From the NCBI GenBank assembly GCA_900540905.1, contig UQHR01000002.1, positions 45,321 through 109,320 on the forward strand: a stretch of DNA of 64,000 nucleotides. The letters are read 5' to 3'. Positions 28,168 to 38,047 of this stretch are shown here, in pieces (the first letter of the stretch is position 1; each line of letters opens with the position of its first letter). The position numbers and the translations under genes are program-made. The notes beneath the pieces were generated by a model that made no database searches, had not been told where the DNA came from, and saw only the letters and a program-made list of their open reading frames with translations. This stretch comes from an uncultured Collinsella sp. Lineage in GTDB: Bacteria > Actinomycetota > Coriobacteriia > Coriobacteriales > Coriobacteriaceae.

Positions 28168-29010
28168 CTATTCGCCGCGGGGATGGGCTTGAGCCACAGC
28201 CCGCTTAAGCCGATCGGGTGTGAGATGCGTGTAGATCTGCGTCGTGGACAGGCTCGCATGACCCAGCAGCTCTTGGACCGAGCGCAGGTCCGCACCGCCC
28301 TCGAGCAAGTCGGTCGCAAAGGTATGGCGCATCGCATGCGGGGCGATGTCGGCCGGAATGCCGGCGAGCGTCGCCAGCGTATGGAACCGCCGCCGGAGCA
28401 TGGCGGCGCTCATGCGATTGCCGCGCGCCGATATAAGCAGCGGATGCGGCCCGGTGGCGGGGTCACGGCGCTTTGCCTGAGCGAGCAACACCGGCCTCCC
28501 CTCCTCAATATAGAAACGAGTCACCTCGAGCGCACGACGATACAGGGGGACGATACGTTCTTTGCTCCCCTTGCCCCACAGGCGCAGCGTGCGCTCGGAC
28601 CATGAGATGGATTCCACATTGAGCGCCGCAAGCTCTGAGATGCGGGCACCCGAGGCATAGAGCAACTCGAGCATCGTCGCATCGCGCAGTCCCGCGGGTG
28701 TTGAGGTATCGGGGGCTTTGAGGAGTGCCTCCACCTGTTGAGTCGTAAGGACGCCCGGCAGGTCGCGCGGCAGCTTGGGCGATGCGATCGCCGAGACCGC
28801 ATCGCCCTCGACAATCCCCTCGACAGCCATCCACCGATAGAGTGAGCGAATGGCAGACAGGTGTGCCGCAAGGGTCCGAGCCGCCACCTGGCCACGCGAC
28901 AGCTCGGCCAAATAGGAACGAACGGTCCGTACGTCGGCGGCGCGAGCGTCGATGCCCTCGCGTTCGCACCACGCAGCAAAGCGCTCCAGCCTCGAGCCAT
29001 AGGCCGTCAC
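28168..29010 (-). CDS. xerC: Tyrosine recombinase XerC/XerD family (probably XerC from position between dprA and rpsB)
   Basis: C-terminal catalytic region HAMRHTFATDLLEGGADLRSVQELLGHASLSTTQIYTHL carrying the R-H-R-Y residues. Confidence 0.85.
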   Translation of the reverse strand: MTAYGSRLERFAAWCEREGIDARAADVRTVRSYLAELSRGQVAARTLAAHLSAIRSLYRWMAVEGIVEGDAVSAIASPKLPRDLPGVLTTQQVEALLKAPDTSTPAGLRDATMLELLYASGARISELAALNVESISWSERTLRLWGKGSKERIVPLYRRALEVTRFYIEEGRPVLLAQAKRRDPATGPHPLLISARGNRMSAAMLRRRFHTLATLAGIPADIAPHAMRHTFATDLLEGGADLRSVQELLGHASLSTTQIYTHLTPDRLKRAVAQAHPRGE

Positions 29011-29084
29011 CGTGTTGGGAGAAAGTCCCTCGACGCGTGCGATATAGGCGATAAACGAGTCGACGGTGTCGTACAGGTCAAAGG

Positions 29085-30428
29085 CTATGACCGGTCGCCT
29101 CCAAACAGATCGGGGCGAGTGGCCAGATAGGCGTCAAGAGCCTCGAGCGCACGGTCCGCATAGGCCTGGTAGCGGTCGCGCTTGCTGCGGCGCTTACCAT
29201 CCTCGAGTGGCGGCACCAGGCCAAAGTTGACATGCATGGGCTGATAGCCCACGGTGGCAGGATCGGTCGCATAGCCCACGAGCGCACCCAGGGCGCCCAC
29301 GCGGGGCAACTCGACGGAATCGGCGCCGATAGCCTCTGCATAGGTGTTGAGCGCCGCGAGCAGACCGGTCGCCACGGCTTCCATGTACCCCTCGGTGCCG
29401 GTGATCTGACCGGCCAGGCGCACGCCGGTACCGGGCACGGCAAAGGTGCCATCGAGCACGTGCGGGGCGTCGACAAAGGTATTGCGGTGCATGACACCGT
29501 AGCGGAAGAACTCAGCGTTCTCCAGGCCCGGCACCATATGGAAGACGCGCTTCTGCTCGCCAAAGGTCAGGTTGGTCTGGAAGCCCACCAGGTTATAGGC
29601 GGTCTTCTCCTTGTTCTCGGCACGCAGCTGAATCGCCGCCCAAGGGCGACGTCCGGTACGCGGGTCGGTGAGGCCGACGGGCTTCATGGCGCCAAAGCGA
29701 ATGGCGTCCTTGCCGGTGCGCGCAACCTCCTCGGCAGGCTGGCAGGCCTGGAACAGATCGCCGCCCTCAAAGTCCTTGAGCACCACGCGGTCGGCCGTGG
29801 TGAGCGCCTCGATAAAGGCCTCGTACTCCTCCTTGTTGAGCGGAGCGTTGAGATAGTCGCCGCTCCCCTGCTCCTCGTAGCGCGACTGCGAAAACAGCAC
29901 GTCCATATCGAGCGTGGAGGCATCGACGATCGGCGCCGCGGCATCGAAGAACGCAAGGGCGTCGCCACCGACGAGCTTCATGACCTCTTCGCTCAGCGCC
30001 GGTGAACACAGCGGGCCCGCGGCAATGACCACGTGGCCCTCGGGGATCTGGGTGACCTCGCCGTGAACGACCTCGATATTGGGGCGGGCGGCAACCTCAG
30101 CCTCGACGAGCTCGGAGAATGTAACACGGTCGACCGCCAGGGCGCCACCAGCGGGAACAGCAGCGCGATGGGCGCAGTCGAGCAGGACTGAACCCATGCG
30201 CTCAAGCTCGGCCTTCAGCAAACCAGCCGCGGAATCCGGACGGGTCGACTTAAACGAATTGGAGCAGACGAGCTCTGCCAGGTGATCGGTATGGTGAGCC
30301 GGGGAGCTCACCTGGGGGCGCATCTCGCACAGCTTTACGGCAAACCCGCGGTCTGCCAGCTGGATCGCGCATTCCGAACCCGCCAGACCGCCACCGATAA
30401 CCGTCACCTGATCGAACTGCATCTGCAA
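29085..30428 (-). CDS. trmFO: Methylenetetrahydrofolate--tRNA-(uracil54-C5)-methyltransferase TrmFO
   Basis: FAD-binding N-terminus VTVIGGGLAGSECAIQLA. 447 aa, Gid/TrmFO length. Confidence 0.88.
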   Translation of the reverse strand: MQMQFDQVTVIGGGLAGSECAIQLADRGFAVKLCEMRPQVSSPAHHTDHLAELVCSNSFKSTRPDSAAGLLKAELERMGSVLLDCAHRAAVPAGGALAVDRVTFSELVEAEVAARPNIEVVHGEVTQIPEGHVVIAAGPLCSPALSEEVMKLVGGDALAFFDAAAPIVDASTLDMDVLFSQSRYEEQGSGDYLNAPLNKEEYEAFIEALTTADRVVLKDFEGGDLFQACQPAEEVARTGKDAIRFGAMKPVGLTDPRTGRRPWAAIQLRAENKEKTAYNLVGFQTNLTFGEQKRVFHMVPGLENAEFFRYGVMHRNTFVDAPHVLDGTFAVPGTGVRLAGQITGTEGYMEAVATGLLAALNTYAEAIGADSVELPRVGALGALVGYATDPATVGYQPMHVNFGLVPPLEDGKRRSKRDRYQAYADRALEALDAYLATRPDLFGGDRS

Positions 30429-30436
30429 ACACCTTT

Positions 30437-31372
30437 CTAATTGACACGTTTTCCATTGTGACCGAAGGGCGTCTGGGCGTGAAGGGCAAACTTGGAGGGC
30501 GCATACCTTCCATCCATCATGCGCTCGATAAGGCCCTCGAGTTCAAGCGAACCCAAGAGTTTGAGTACGCCGACAGCATCGAGTGAGACGAGCGCCGCGA
30601 TGTCGTCGACCTTGAGCGGCGAGGCGATGAGCGCATGCATCACGGTCTGCTGTGTTGGATTCAGGTCGGCAATGCCGGGAGCATCGGGGCGCGAGTAGCG
30701 CAGGGTGCCGTATATGCGAGAGATAGCCATCTCGATGGACTCCTCGTCGACAATGCAGCAGGCACCGTTCGCAATGAGGTAATTCGTGCCACGCGACTCG
30801 GGCGATAGGATCGACCCCGGCACGGCAAGAAGTTCGCGCCCCAAATCCATAGCAGCCTCGGCTGTAGAAAACGTCCCGGAAGGCATACCCGCCTCGGATA
30901 CAAAGAGGGCTTGCGACAGGGCCGCGATCACGCGATTGCGACGCGGAAAGGCAAACTTGCGCGGACCCATGCCCCACGGAGAGATCGACACGACCGCGCC
31001 GCCCGTATCGAGCGTGCGCGTAATAAGCCCCGCGCTCGAACGCGGGTAGACCACGTCGGCGCCCGTCCCCAGCACCACGACGTGTTTGCCGCCGGCGTTG
31101 ACCGCAGCCCAACCCGAGGCCTGGTCACAACCGACCGCACCGCCCGAAACTACCGTCACTCCCGCCTCAACCGCCACCTTCGCCGCAAGCTCTGCCACGG
31201 CAAGACCATACGGCGAGGCCTTTCGCGCACCGATGATGGAGAGCGCGGGCGTCGAAAGCGCCTCGGGGTTGCCGCGCACATAGAGCGTCTGAGGTACATC
31301 AGAAAGCTCCAAAACGGTCTCGGGATACAACGCGTCACCTGGATGCAGCTCGAAGGTCCCCTCAGCCATCAT
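30437..31372 (-). CDS. dprA: DNA processing protein DprA (Smf)
   Basis: Rossmann-like core IIGARKASPYGLAVAELAAKVAVEAGVTVVSGGAVGCDQASGWAAV. Start at MMAEG (31372), which overlaps the comM stop as ATGA. Confidence 0.85.
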   Translation of the reverse strand: MMAEGTFELHPGDALYPETVLELSDVPQTLYVRGNPEALSTPALSIIGARKASPYGLAVAELAAKVAVEAGVTVVSGGAVGCDQASGWAAVNAGGKHVVVLGTGADVVYPRSSAGLITRTLDTGGAVVSISPWGMGPRKFAFPRRNRVIAALSQALFVSEAGMPSGTFSTAEAAMDLGRELLAVPGSILSPESRGTNYLIANGACCIVDEESIEMAISRIYGTLRYSRPDAPGIADLNPTQQTVMHALIASPLKVDDIAALVSLDAVGVLKLLGSLELEGLIERMMDGRYAPSKFALHAQTPFGHNGKRVN

Positions 31373-32892
31373 TGGTCCCTCCTTCCCTGGTACATCGCCG
31401 CCTCGAGCACGTGGTCCTGCGTCACCTGCTCGCTCTCGGCGACATCTGCGATCGTGCGCGCAATGCGAACAAGGCGCACGATGCCACGCCCTGTGAGATG
31501 CGTGCGCTTCGACAGGCCGAGCACACACTTCTCCGCCGCATCATCGAGCTCAAAGGTCGAAACGACGCCGTCAATGGACCGAGTCTCGTCATCCTCGGCC
31601 TCGGCATCCGCATCGTCCATGCGGGATTCGCGCCAAGCGCGAAAGGCGCGACCGCGCACAACGTAGTCACGTAACTCGGCCGACGACATGCCCTCCGCAC
31701 CCTCGATAATCACTTGAGGGTCGGGACGGGTCACATCGATCATCATGTCGATACGGTCGGCCAAAGGACCGCGCAGTTTAGACCGATAGCGCTCGACCAT
31801 CGCCGCCGAGCAGCGACACGGCACCTCGCGATCGCCCAAAAAGCCGCAGGGGCAGGGATTGCTCGCAGCCAGCAGCTGAAAGCGCGACGGGAAGGTAAAA
31901 GCCCCGTCGACGCGCACGATCCTCACGTAGCCGCGCTCGATGGGCTGACGCAGCGTCTGCAGCACGCCAGTGGGAAACTCGGCAAGCTCGTCCAAAAAGA
32001 GCACGCCGCCACGAGCAAGGCTGATCTCACCCGGGTGCACCGGGCGCCCGCCGCCGATAAGGCCTGCGGTCGAAATACTGTGGTGGGGACTGCGGAAGGG
32101 GCGGTGCCCCGCCAACAAGCCATCAATGTTCTCACCCAAAACCGAATGGATGCACAGTGCCTCCTGCTGATCCTCAACGGAAAGCTCGGGCAGGATGCCG
32201 GTCATACGGCGTGCGAGCATCGTCTTGCCCGATCCCGGAGACCCGATCATGAGCAAGCCGAGTTCTCCTGCCGCCGCAAGCGCCATGCCGCGTTTAGCGA
32301 CTTCCTGCCCCAGCACGTCTGCATAGTCGAGCTCGGGCTCAAAGGTCGCCTCGACACCCTCGGAATCCAAGTAGTGCCGTGCGGCATCGCCCATGCCGTG
32401 AGCAAGCTGAGACAGATGGTCGATAAAGCCGCAATCTACGCCCGCGAGTGGCACATGCTGGTCGGACCTGCCGGCGATAAAAGACAGCCCCATGTCGCGA
32501 GCCAATAGCTGAAACGCCACCTCGCCCTTGACGGGAAGCACCGTACCGTCCAGACCAAGCTCACCTGCGATAAGGCAGCGATCGAGGTTGTCACGGGGAA
32601 TCTGCTCATCGGCCGCTAGAACCGCGATGGCGATGGGCAGGTCAAAGCCGCTACCGGTCTTGCGGATATCGCCGGGTGCCAGGTTAACGGTAATGCCCGA
32701 GCGCGGGATCTCGAACCCGGCGGAGCGCATCGCGCAGCGAATACGACCGCGTGACTCCATCACCTCCATACTCGGAATGCCGAGCATCTGGATGCCCGGA
32801 ACGCCACCGGCAAGCGAGACCTCGACCGTGACGTGAATCGCCTCGACGCCGCGGATGCAGGCCGCGTGAACGGCAAACGTCTCGAACGCCAT
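31369..32892 (-). CDS. comM: YifB/ComM-family Mg-chelatase-like AAA+ ATPase
   Basis: Walker A GSPGSGKTMLARRM, a Lon-protease-like N-domain and a C-terminal MCM/ChlI-type region. Start at MAFETF (32892). Confidence 0.85.
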   Translation of the reverse strand: MAFETFAVHAACIRGVEAIHVTVEVSLAGGVPGIQMLGIPSMEVMESRGRIRCAMRSAGFEIPRSGITVNLAPGDIRKTGSGFDLPIAIAVLAADEQIPRDNLDRCLIAGELGLDGTVLPVKGEVAFQLLARDMGLSFIAGRSDQHVPLAGVDCGFIDHLSQLAHGMGDAARHYLDSEGVEATFEPELDYADVLGQEVAKRGMALAAAGELGLLMIGSPGSGKTMLARRMTGILPELSVEDQQEALCIHSVLGENIDGLLAGHRPFRSPHHSISTAGLIGGGRPVHPGEISLARGGVLFLDELAEFPTGVLQTLRQPIERGYVRIVRVDGAFTFPSRFQLLAASNPCPCGFLGDREVPCRCSAAMVERYRSKLRGPLADRIDMMIDVTRPDPQVIIEGAEGMSSAELRDYVVRGRAFRAWRESRMDDADAEAEDDETRSIDGVVSTFELDDAAEKCVLGLSKRTHLTGRGIVRLVRIARTIADVAESEQVTQDHVLEAAMYQGRRDQ

Positions 32893-33377
32893 CACGACAC
32901 CTGCCAATCGAACGCGTTGTACTGGTGCTCGATCTCGGCGATATGCCCGCCGCGGATGGTGACACCCACAGCATCGAAGCGAATCGCCTTGAGCGGATAA
33001 TGCTCCATGAGATAGCAGCTTGCGATGCGGCGGTAGCGGCGTTGCTTTTGGGCGTCCACGGCCTCCTCGGGAAAGACCCGCGTGGTGCAATCCAGGGCGA
33101 CGCGTCTCGTCTTGACCTCGGCCATCACCACGACATCGTCGAGCTCATCGAGCAGCACCAGATCGGCCTCGCCCTCGGTGCAACGATAGCCCTGCTCCAG
33201 CAAGGTGTAGCCGCGCTCGTTAAAGTAGTCGATGGTGATCAGCTCGCCCAGCATGCCTAGCTCGCGGGGACTGAGTCCCTTGATAAACTCGGGCGTCATC
33301 GCCCCGGAGTCGAGCTCGCCGTTTTCCCAACGCTCCTTGAGCTGCTGCGTCTTGCTCTTTTTGCTTGCGGCACTCAT
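32892..33377 (-). CDS. yraN: YraN family endonuclease (UPF0102)
   Basis: GELGEL...YFNERGYTLLEQGYRCTEGEADLVLLDELDDVVVMAEVKTR is the UPF0102 signature. Conserved rnhB-yraN-comM order. Confidence 0.7.
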   Translation of the reverse strand: MSAASKKSKTQQLKERWENGELDSGAMTPEFIKGLSPRELGMLGELITIDYFNERGYTLLEQGYRCTEGEADLVLLDELDDVVVMAEVKTRRVALDCTTRVFPEEAVDAQKQRRYRRIASCYLMEHYPLKAIRFDAVGVTIRGGHIAEIEHQYNAFDWQVS

Positions 33378-33566
33378 GGAGTCTCCTTTCCCGCACACTG
33401 CATTGCCCCGATGATGAGGGCACCTTTCATGCGGGTAAGTACCGGAAGCAAACCAAAAGCTGACCAAATGCCGTCAAAAAACGGGCCGTACGCAACAATG
33501 GTGTTGCATACGGCCCGCTACCAGCAGGTTTATAAAACCCCAGAGGTCCATGTCTCCACAATTGGC

Positions 33567-34373
33567 CTAGAAAAGGCGCTCAGTCTGCAGAAAGTTTCCG
33601 CAAAAGCTCACGCGGTGCAGCGGACAAAGTCCATGTTTGCGAATGGCCTCGATGTGCTCGGGGCTCGCATAGCCCTTCGACTCGGCCAGATGGTACTCGG
33701 GATACTCGGCGTCGTACTCGACCATCATCTCGTCACGCGTGACCTTGGCCATGATGGACGCCGCGGCGATGCAGGCGATCTTGGCATCGCCCTTAACCAC
33801 GTCGCGCTCATTGGGAACGGCGCCCAAGGGGTTGCCATCCATGAGGACGCAGTCGGGTTCAAGTCCCGTATCGGCCACCGCACCCGCAACGGCAGCGCGG
33901 ATGGCGCGGGCCATACCCATCTCATCGATATCTGCAGGAGCGATATGGCAAAAGCCGATAGCAGTCGCCACCTCGGCAATCTTAACCGAGAGCAGCTCGC
34001 GGCGCGCCGGCGTGAGCTTTTTGGAATCGTTGATGCCCCAGATGCGCGGCTCCATCGGAAGGCACACGGCACACACGGTCAAGGGCCCCGCTACCGAGCC
34101 ACGGCCCACCTCGTCGACGCCCACGACCACGCCATCACCGCCGAGCTCATGCATAAGCTCGTACATGCCGTTGACGCGCTCGCGCTCGGCAAGCTCCTTG
34201 GCATGGCGCTTAAGAGCACGCTCGCAAGCCTTGATCACCTGCTGGCGCGGGTCCTCGCGATAATGCTCCACGAGGGCGGGGATCTCCTCAAACGTTGCGC
34301 TCGCCAGCTCTCCGGCAACCTGCGATGCCGAAACCGAGCTCGTCATGTTGGCCATACCAGGCCCTCCTTGCAT
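33567..34373 (-). CDS. rnhB: Ribonuclease HII (with N-terminal extension)
   Basis: Catalytic core VVGVDEVGRGSVAGPLTVCAVCLP. RBS aaggaggg before the ATG at 34373. Confidence 0.85.
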   Translation of the reverse strand: MQGGPGMANMTSSVSASQVAGELASATFEEIPALVEHYREDPRQQVIKACERALKRHAKELAERERVNGMYELMHELGGDGVVVGVDEVGRGSVAGPLTVCAVCLPMEPRIWGINDSKKLTPARRELLSVKIAEVATAIGFCHIAPADIDEMGMARAIRAAVAGAVADTGLEPDCVLMDGNPLGAVPNERDVVKGDAKIACIAAASIMAKVTRDEMMVEYDAEYPEYHLAESKGYASPEHIEAIRKHGLCPLHRVSFCGNFLQTERLF

Positions 34374-34381
34374 GCAAATCA

Positions 34382-34414
34382 GATAAAAAGAAGGGCCACC
34401 CGAAGGTGACCCTT
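34382..34414 (-). terminator. Rho-independent terminator downstream of rplS
   Basis: aagggccacc-cgaa-ggtgaccctt stem-loop, followed on the minus-strand RNA by uucuuuuuauc. Confidence 0.65.
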
Positions 34415-34448
34415 GTGTCCAAACGAGTGGACAGACGCTGCGATCTTC

Positions 34449-34796
34449 TTAGCGCTTCTCGGGGATGCGAGCAGCCTTGCCCACCTTGTCGCGGAGGTAG
34501 TACAGCTTGGCGCGACGGACGCGACCATGACGAACGACCTCGAGCTTGGCGATCTTGGGGCTGTGAAGCGGGAAGGTACGCTCAACACCGACACCGAAGG
34601 ACATCTTGCGGACGGTGAAGGTCTCGCGGGCACCGGCGCCGGCCATGCGGATGACGTCGCCCTGGAAGACCTGGATGCGCTCGCGGTCGCCTTCCTTAAT
34701 GCGGTAGTGAACCTTGACGTTGTCGGCGACGCGAACCTGAGGAATGTCCTCGCGGATCTGCTGACGCTCGATTGCGCGGATGTAATCCATGTGCAA
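34449..34796 (-). CDS. rplS: 50S ribosomal protein L19
   Basis: [47 protein letters not shown] is canonical L19. Confidence 0.92.
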   Translation of the reverse strand: MHMDYIRAIERQQIREDIPQVRVADNVKVHYRIKEGDRERIQVFQGDVIRMAGAGARETFTVRKMSFGVGVERTFPLHSPKIAKLEVVRHGRVRRAKLYYLRDKVGKAARIPEKR

Positions 34797-34859
34797 TTCC
34801 TTACTCTTCTAGAGGTGCCGTACCACCTTGGCCGGCACGTAGTTGAACAAACGTATTCG

Positions 34860-34887
34860 AGTATACACGCGCGGGTTTCTGCTGCAA
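34860..34887 (-). promoter_or_regulatory. Sigma-70-type promoter for rplS
   Basis: Minus-strand TTGCAG (34882-34887), 16-bp spacer, TATACT (34860-34865). The short leader contains a gtgccg/cggcac hairpin. Confidence 0.6.
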
Positions 34888-34904
34888 GAACAATTTTTTA
34901 CGCA

Positions 34905-34961
34905 GACAAAAAGACAAAACCCGCACATGATAACCGCCCGTCTCACGAATGAGACGGGCGG
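34905..34961 (-). terminator. Terminator region downstream of ppdK
   Basis: 12-bp stem ccgcccgtctca/tgagacgggcgg (34934-34961) followed by U-rich uuauc...guuuugucuuuuugu on the minus-strand RNA. Confidence 0.55.
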
Positions 34962-34999
34962 CATGAAGGGGGCTACGCTAGGCGTCTAAACCCAAAACG

Positions 35000-37771
35000 T
35001 TACGCGGAGCGTTTCGCCTCGAGCTTGGCCTGGGCGGCAGCCAGGCGTGCGAGGGGCACGCGGTAGGGCGAGCAGGACACGTAGTCAACGTCGGCCACGT
35101 TAAACAGGCCCTTGATGGACTTGGGGTCGCCGCCGTGCTCGCCGCACACGCCAAAGTGCATGTCGGGGTTGGTGGCGCGACCCTTCTCGACGGCCATACG
35201 CACCAGCTCGAGCACCGCTGTGTCGATGGTCTCGAAGGGGTTGTCCTTCAAGATCTTCTTATGCATGTACAGCGGGATGAACTTAGCCTCGGCGTCGTCA
35301 CGAGAGAAACCGAAGGTCGTCTGGGTGAGGTCGTTGGTGCCAAAGCAGAAGAAGTCTGCGTGATGGGCGATCTCGTCAGCGACCATGCAGGCGCGCGGCA
35401 GCTCGAGCATCGTGCCCACGGGAATATTGAGCTCGACGCCCTCTTCGTTGGAAACCTCGGCGATTACGCGCTCGATAACCTCGCGGGTCTGGACATGCTC
35501 GGCCGTGATGGAAACGAGCGGAACCATGATTTCGGGGCGCGGGTCGACGCCTTCCTTGATAAGGCGGGCAGCAGCCGTGGCCACAGCGCGGACCTGCATG
35601 AGCGGCAGATCGCCAAAGACGACGGACAGGCGCACGCCGCGCAGCCCGAGCATGGGGTTCGACTCGACCATGCCGTCGATGCGACGCAGGCGGCCACGCA
35701 GGGCGGCAAGCTCTTCCTCGCTGGCGCCAGCGGCCTCCTTCTTGGTGATGGCAACCTCGAACTCGCGAGGATTATCCAGGAACTCATGAAGCGGCGGATC
35801 GAGCAGACGAACGACCACATCGCGACCGGACATGGTCTTGAACATGGCCAGGAAGTCCTCCGTCTGAACCTTGAGCAGATCGGCGAGGGCCCGCTGCTTC
35901 ACGGCCTCATCGTCGGACAGTATAAAGCTCTGGATGATGTTCTTACGGTCGCCCAGGAACATGTGCTCGGTGCGGCACAGGCCAATAGCCTCGGCGCCAA
36001 ACTCGAGCGCGAGCTCGGCATCCTCAGGGTTGTCGGCGTTGACGCGCACATGGTTGGCGTGGCCACAGGTCTCGTCCAGGCGAATCTCGTCGGCCCAGGA
36101 CAGGATGGTGTCCAGGTCGCCGGTGAGCTCGGCGGAGACCAGGTCGACGGGACCGTCGACGACGATACCCTGGGTACCGTCGATGGAGATAACGTCGCCT
36201 TCGTGCAGCACGCGGTCGCTGCCCTCGATGCGCACGACCTTCTCGGCGGCGTCGATGTGGAAGCGCTCAACGCCGCAGACGCAGGGCGTACCCATGCCGC
36301 GAGCGATAACGGCGGCATGGCTCGTCTTTCCTCCGTGGCTGGTCAGAATGCCCTCGGCGGCAACCATACCCTTCAGGTCGTCGGGGTTGGTCTCCCAACG
36401 AACCAGAATGACCTTGTGGCCCTCGTTGGCGCGCGCGACGGCGTCATCACTCGAGAACACAACCTCACCCACGGCGGCACCGGGGCTGGCGTTCAGACCG
36501 CTGGCCAGCGCCTCGTACCTCTTGGAAGCGTCAAACTGCGGGTGCAGGAGCTGGTCGAGTTGCGCGGGATCGATACGGCTCACGGCCTCTTCGCGGGTGA
36601 TCAGGCCTTCCTCGACCATTTCGATGGCGATGCGCAGGGCGGCGGTGGCAGTGCGTTTACCCACGCGTGTCTGGAGCATCCAGAGCTTGCCCTGCTCGAT
36701 GGTGAACTCGATATCGCACATATCGCGGTAATGGTCCTCGAGCGTCAGGAACACGCGCTCGAGCTCCTCACCTGCAGACTCGAGGCCCGGGGTGGTCTTG
36801 AGGTCGGCAATGGGCTCGGTGTTGCGGATGCCGGCGACGACGTCCTCGCCCTGGGCATTAACCAAAAAGTCACCGTAGAACTCTTTGGTGCCGTCGGCCG
36901 GATTACGCGTAAAGGCGACGCCCGTCGCAGAGGTCTCGCCCTTGTTGCCAAAGGCCATGGCCTGCACGTTGACGGCGGTGCCGAGCTCGTCGGAAATACC
37001 ATGCTGCTTGCGGTAGATGCAGGCACGCTCGTTCATCCAGCTGCCAAAGACGGCCTGGATTGCAAGGCGTAGCTGAAGCTCCGGGTCGTGCGGGAAAACG
37101 GGCTTGCCATCGGCGACCTCGAGCTCGGGATACAGGGAGGCATCGACGTTCTCGGAGAAGATGCCCTTAAAGGTCTCGACGAGCTCCTGCAGATCCTCGG
37201 CCGAAAGCTCGGAGTCGACGCGGACGCCGGCGACCAGGCGTGCCTGGGTCAGCGCGTTCTCGAACAGGTCGGCGTCAACGCCCATAACGACGTTGGAGAA
37301 CATCTGAATAAAGCGGCGGTAGCTATCCCAAGCAAAACGCGGATTTTGCGTCTGGGCGATGAGCCCCTGAACGGAGTCGTCGTTGAGGCCTAAGTTGAGG
37401 ACCGTGTCCATCATGCCGGGCATGGAGAACGGAGCGCCCGAACGAACCGACACGAGCAGCGGATCGGAGGCGTCGCCGAGCTTTTTGCCGCAGCGGGCCT
37501 CGAGGTCAGCCTCGGCGGCAACGATCTCATCGAGTGCGCCTTCGGGCCAGACGTTGCCGGCACCGGAGTACTCGACACAGGTCTGGCAGGTAATAGTAAA
37601 GCCACCGGGAACCGGCAGGCCGATACGGCTCATCTCGGCAAGGTTTGCGCCTTTGCCGCCAAGCACGAAGTTCATGGACTTGTCGCCCTCAGTGACACAG
37701 GTGCCCTGGGCGTCGGTTCCAAAACGATAAACCCTCTTGCAATCGCTCACGATACTTCCCCTTCCATGCAC
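35000..37771 (-). CDS. ppdK: Pyruvate, phosphate dikinase
   Basis: 923 aa. N-terminal ATP-grasp region (LGGKGANLAEMSRIGLPVPGGFTI), central phospho-histidine domain (GGKTSHAAVIARGMG) and C-terminal PEP-utilising TIM barrel. Confidence 0.93.
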   Translation of the reverse strand: MHGRGSIVSDCKRVYRFGTDAQGTCVTEGDKSMNFVLGGKGANLAEMSRIGLPVPGGFTITCQTCVEYSGAGNVWPEGALDEIVAAEADLEARCGKKLGDASDPLLVSVRSGAPFSMPGMMDTVLNLGLNDDSVQGLIAQTQNPRFAWDSYRRFIQMFSNVVMGVDADLFENALTQARLVAGVRVDSELSAEDLQELVETFKGIFSENVDASLYPELEVADGKPVFPHDPELQLRLAIQAVFGSWMNERACIYRKQHGISDELGTAVNVQAMAFGNKGETSATGVAFTRNPADGTKEFYGDFLVNAQGEDVVAGIRNTEPIADLKTTPGLESAGEELERVFLTLEDHYRDMCDIEFTIEQGKLWMLQTRVGKRTATAALRIAIEMVEEGLITREEAVSRIDPAQLDQLLHPQFDASKRYEALASGLNASPGAAVGEVVFSSDDAVARANEGHKVILVRWETNPDDLKGMVAAEGILTSHGGKTSHAAVIARGMGTPCVCGVERFHIDAAEKVVRIEGSDRVLHEGDVISIDGTQGIVVDGPVDLVSAELTGDLDTILSWADEIRLDETCGHANHVRVNADNPEDAELALEFGAEAIGLCRTEHMFLGDRKNIIQSFILSDDEAVKQRALADLLKVQTEDFLAMFKTMSGRDVVVRLLDPPLHEFLDNPREFEVAITKKEAAGASEEELAALRGRLRRIDGMVESNPMLGLRGVRLSVVFGDLPLMQVRAVATAAARLIKEGVDPRPEIMVPLVSITAEHVQTREVIERVIAEVSNEEGVELNIPVGTMLELPRACMVADEIAHHADFFCFGTNDLTQTTFGFSRDDAEAKFIPLYMHKKILKDNPFETIDTAVLELVRMAVEKGRATNPDMHFGVCGEHGGDPKSIKGLFNVADVDYVSCSPYRVPLARLAAAQAKLEAKRSA

Positions 37772-38047
37772 TTACGCGCACGACCGTGGTAACGAATCGA
37801 CCCACCGGATGCGGGCCGTGAGGGAACTATACGGCGCGTTTTGGGCAGGCTTGAGCAGAGGGTGCGCGGTTTGGTAAACGTGCTAAAACTGGCGGTAAAC
37901 GGTAGATAAAGGTGGTTACCTTATGAAGATACCACTGCAAGAGAAATGCAGGTCAGATGCAAGTTTCTTGCTAAATCGCTTTATCATTATCGTGCATTAT
38001 TTTGAGGTAGTCTATTTAGGACGGGGCTTTTTAACTACTCCAATGAG

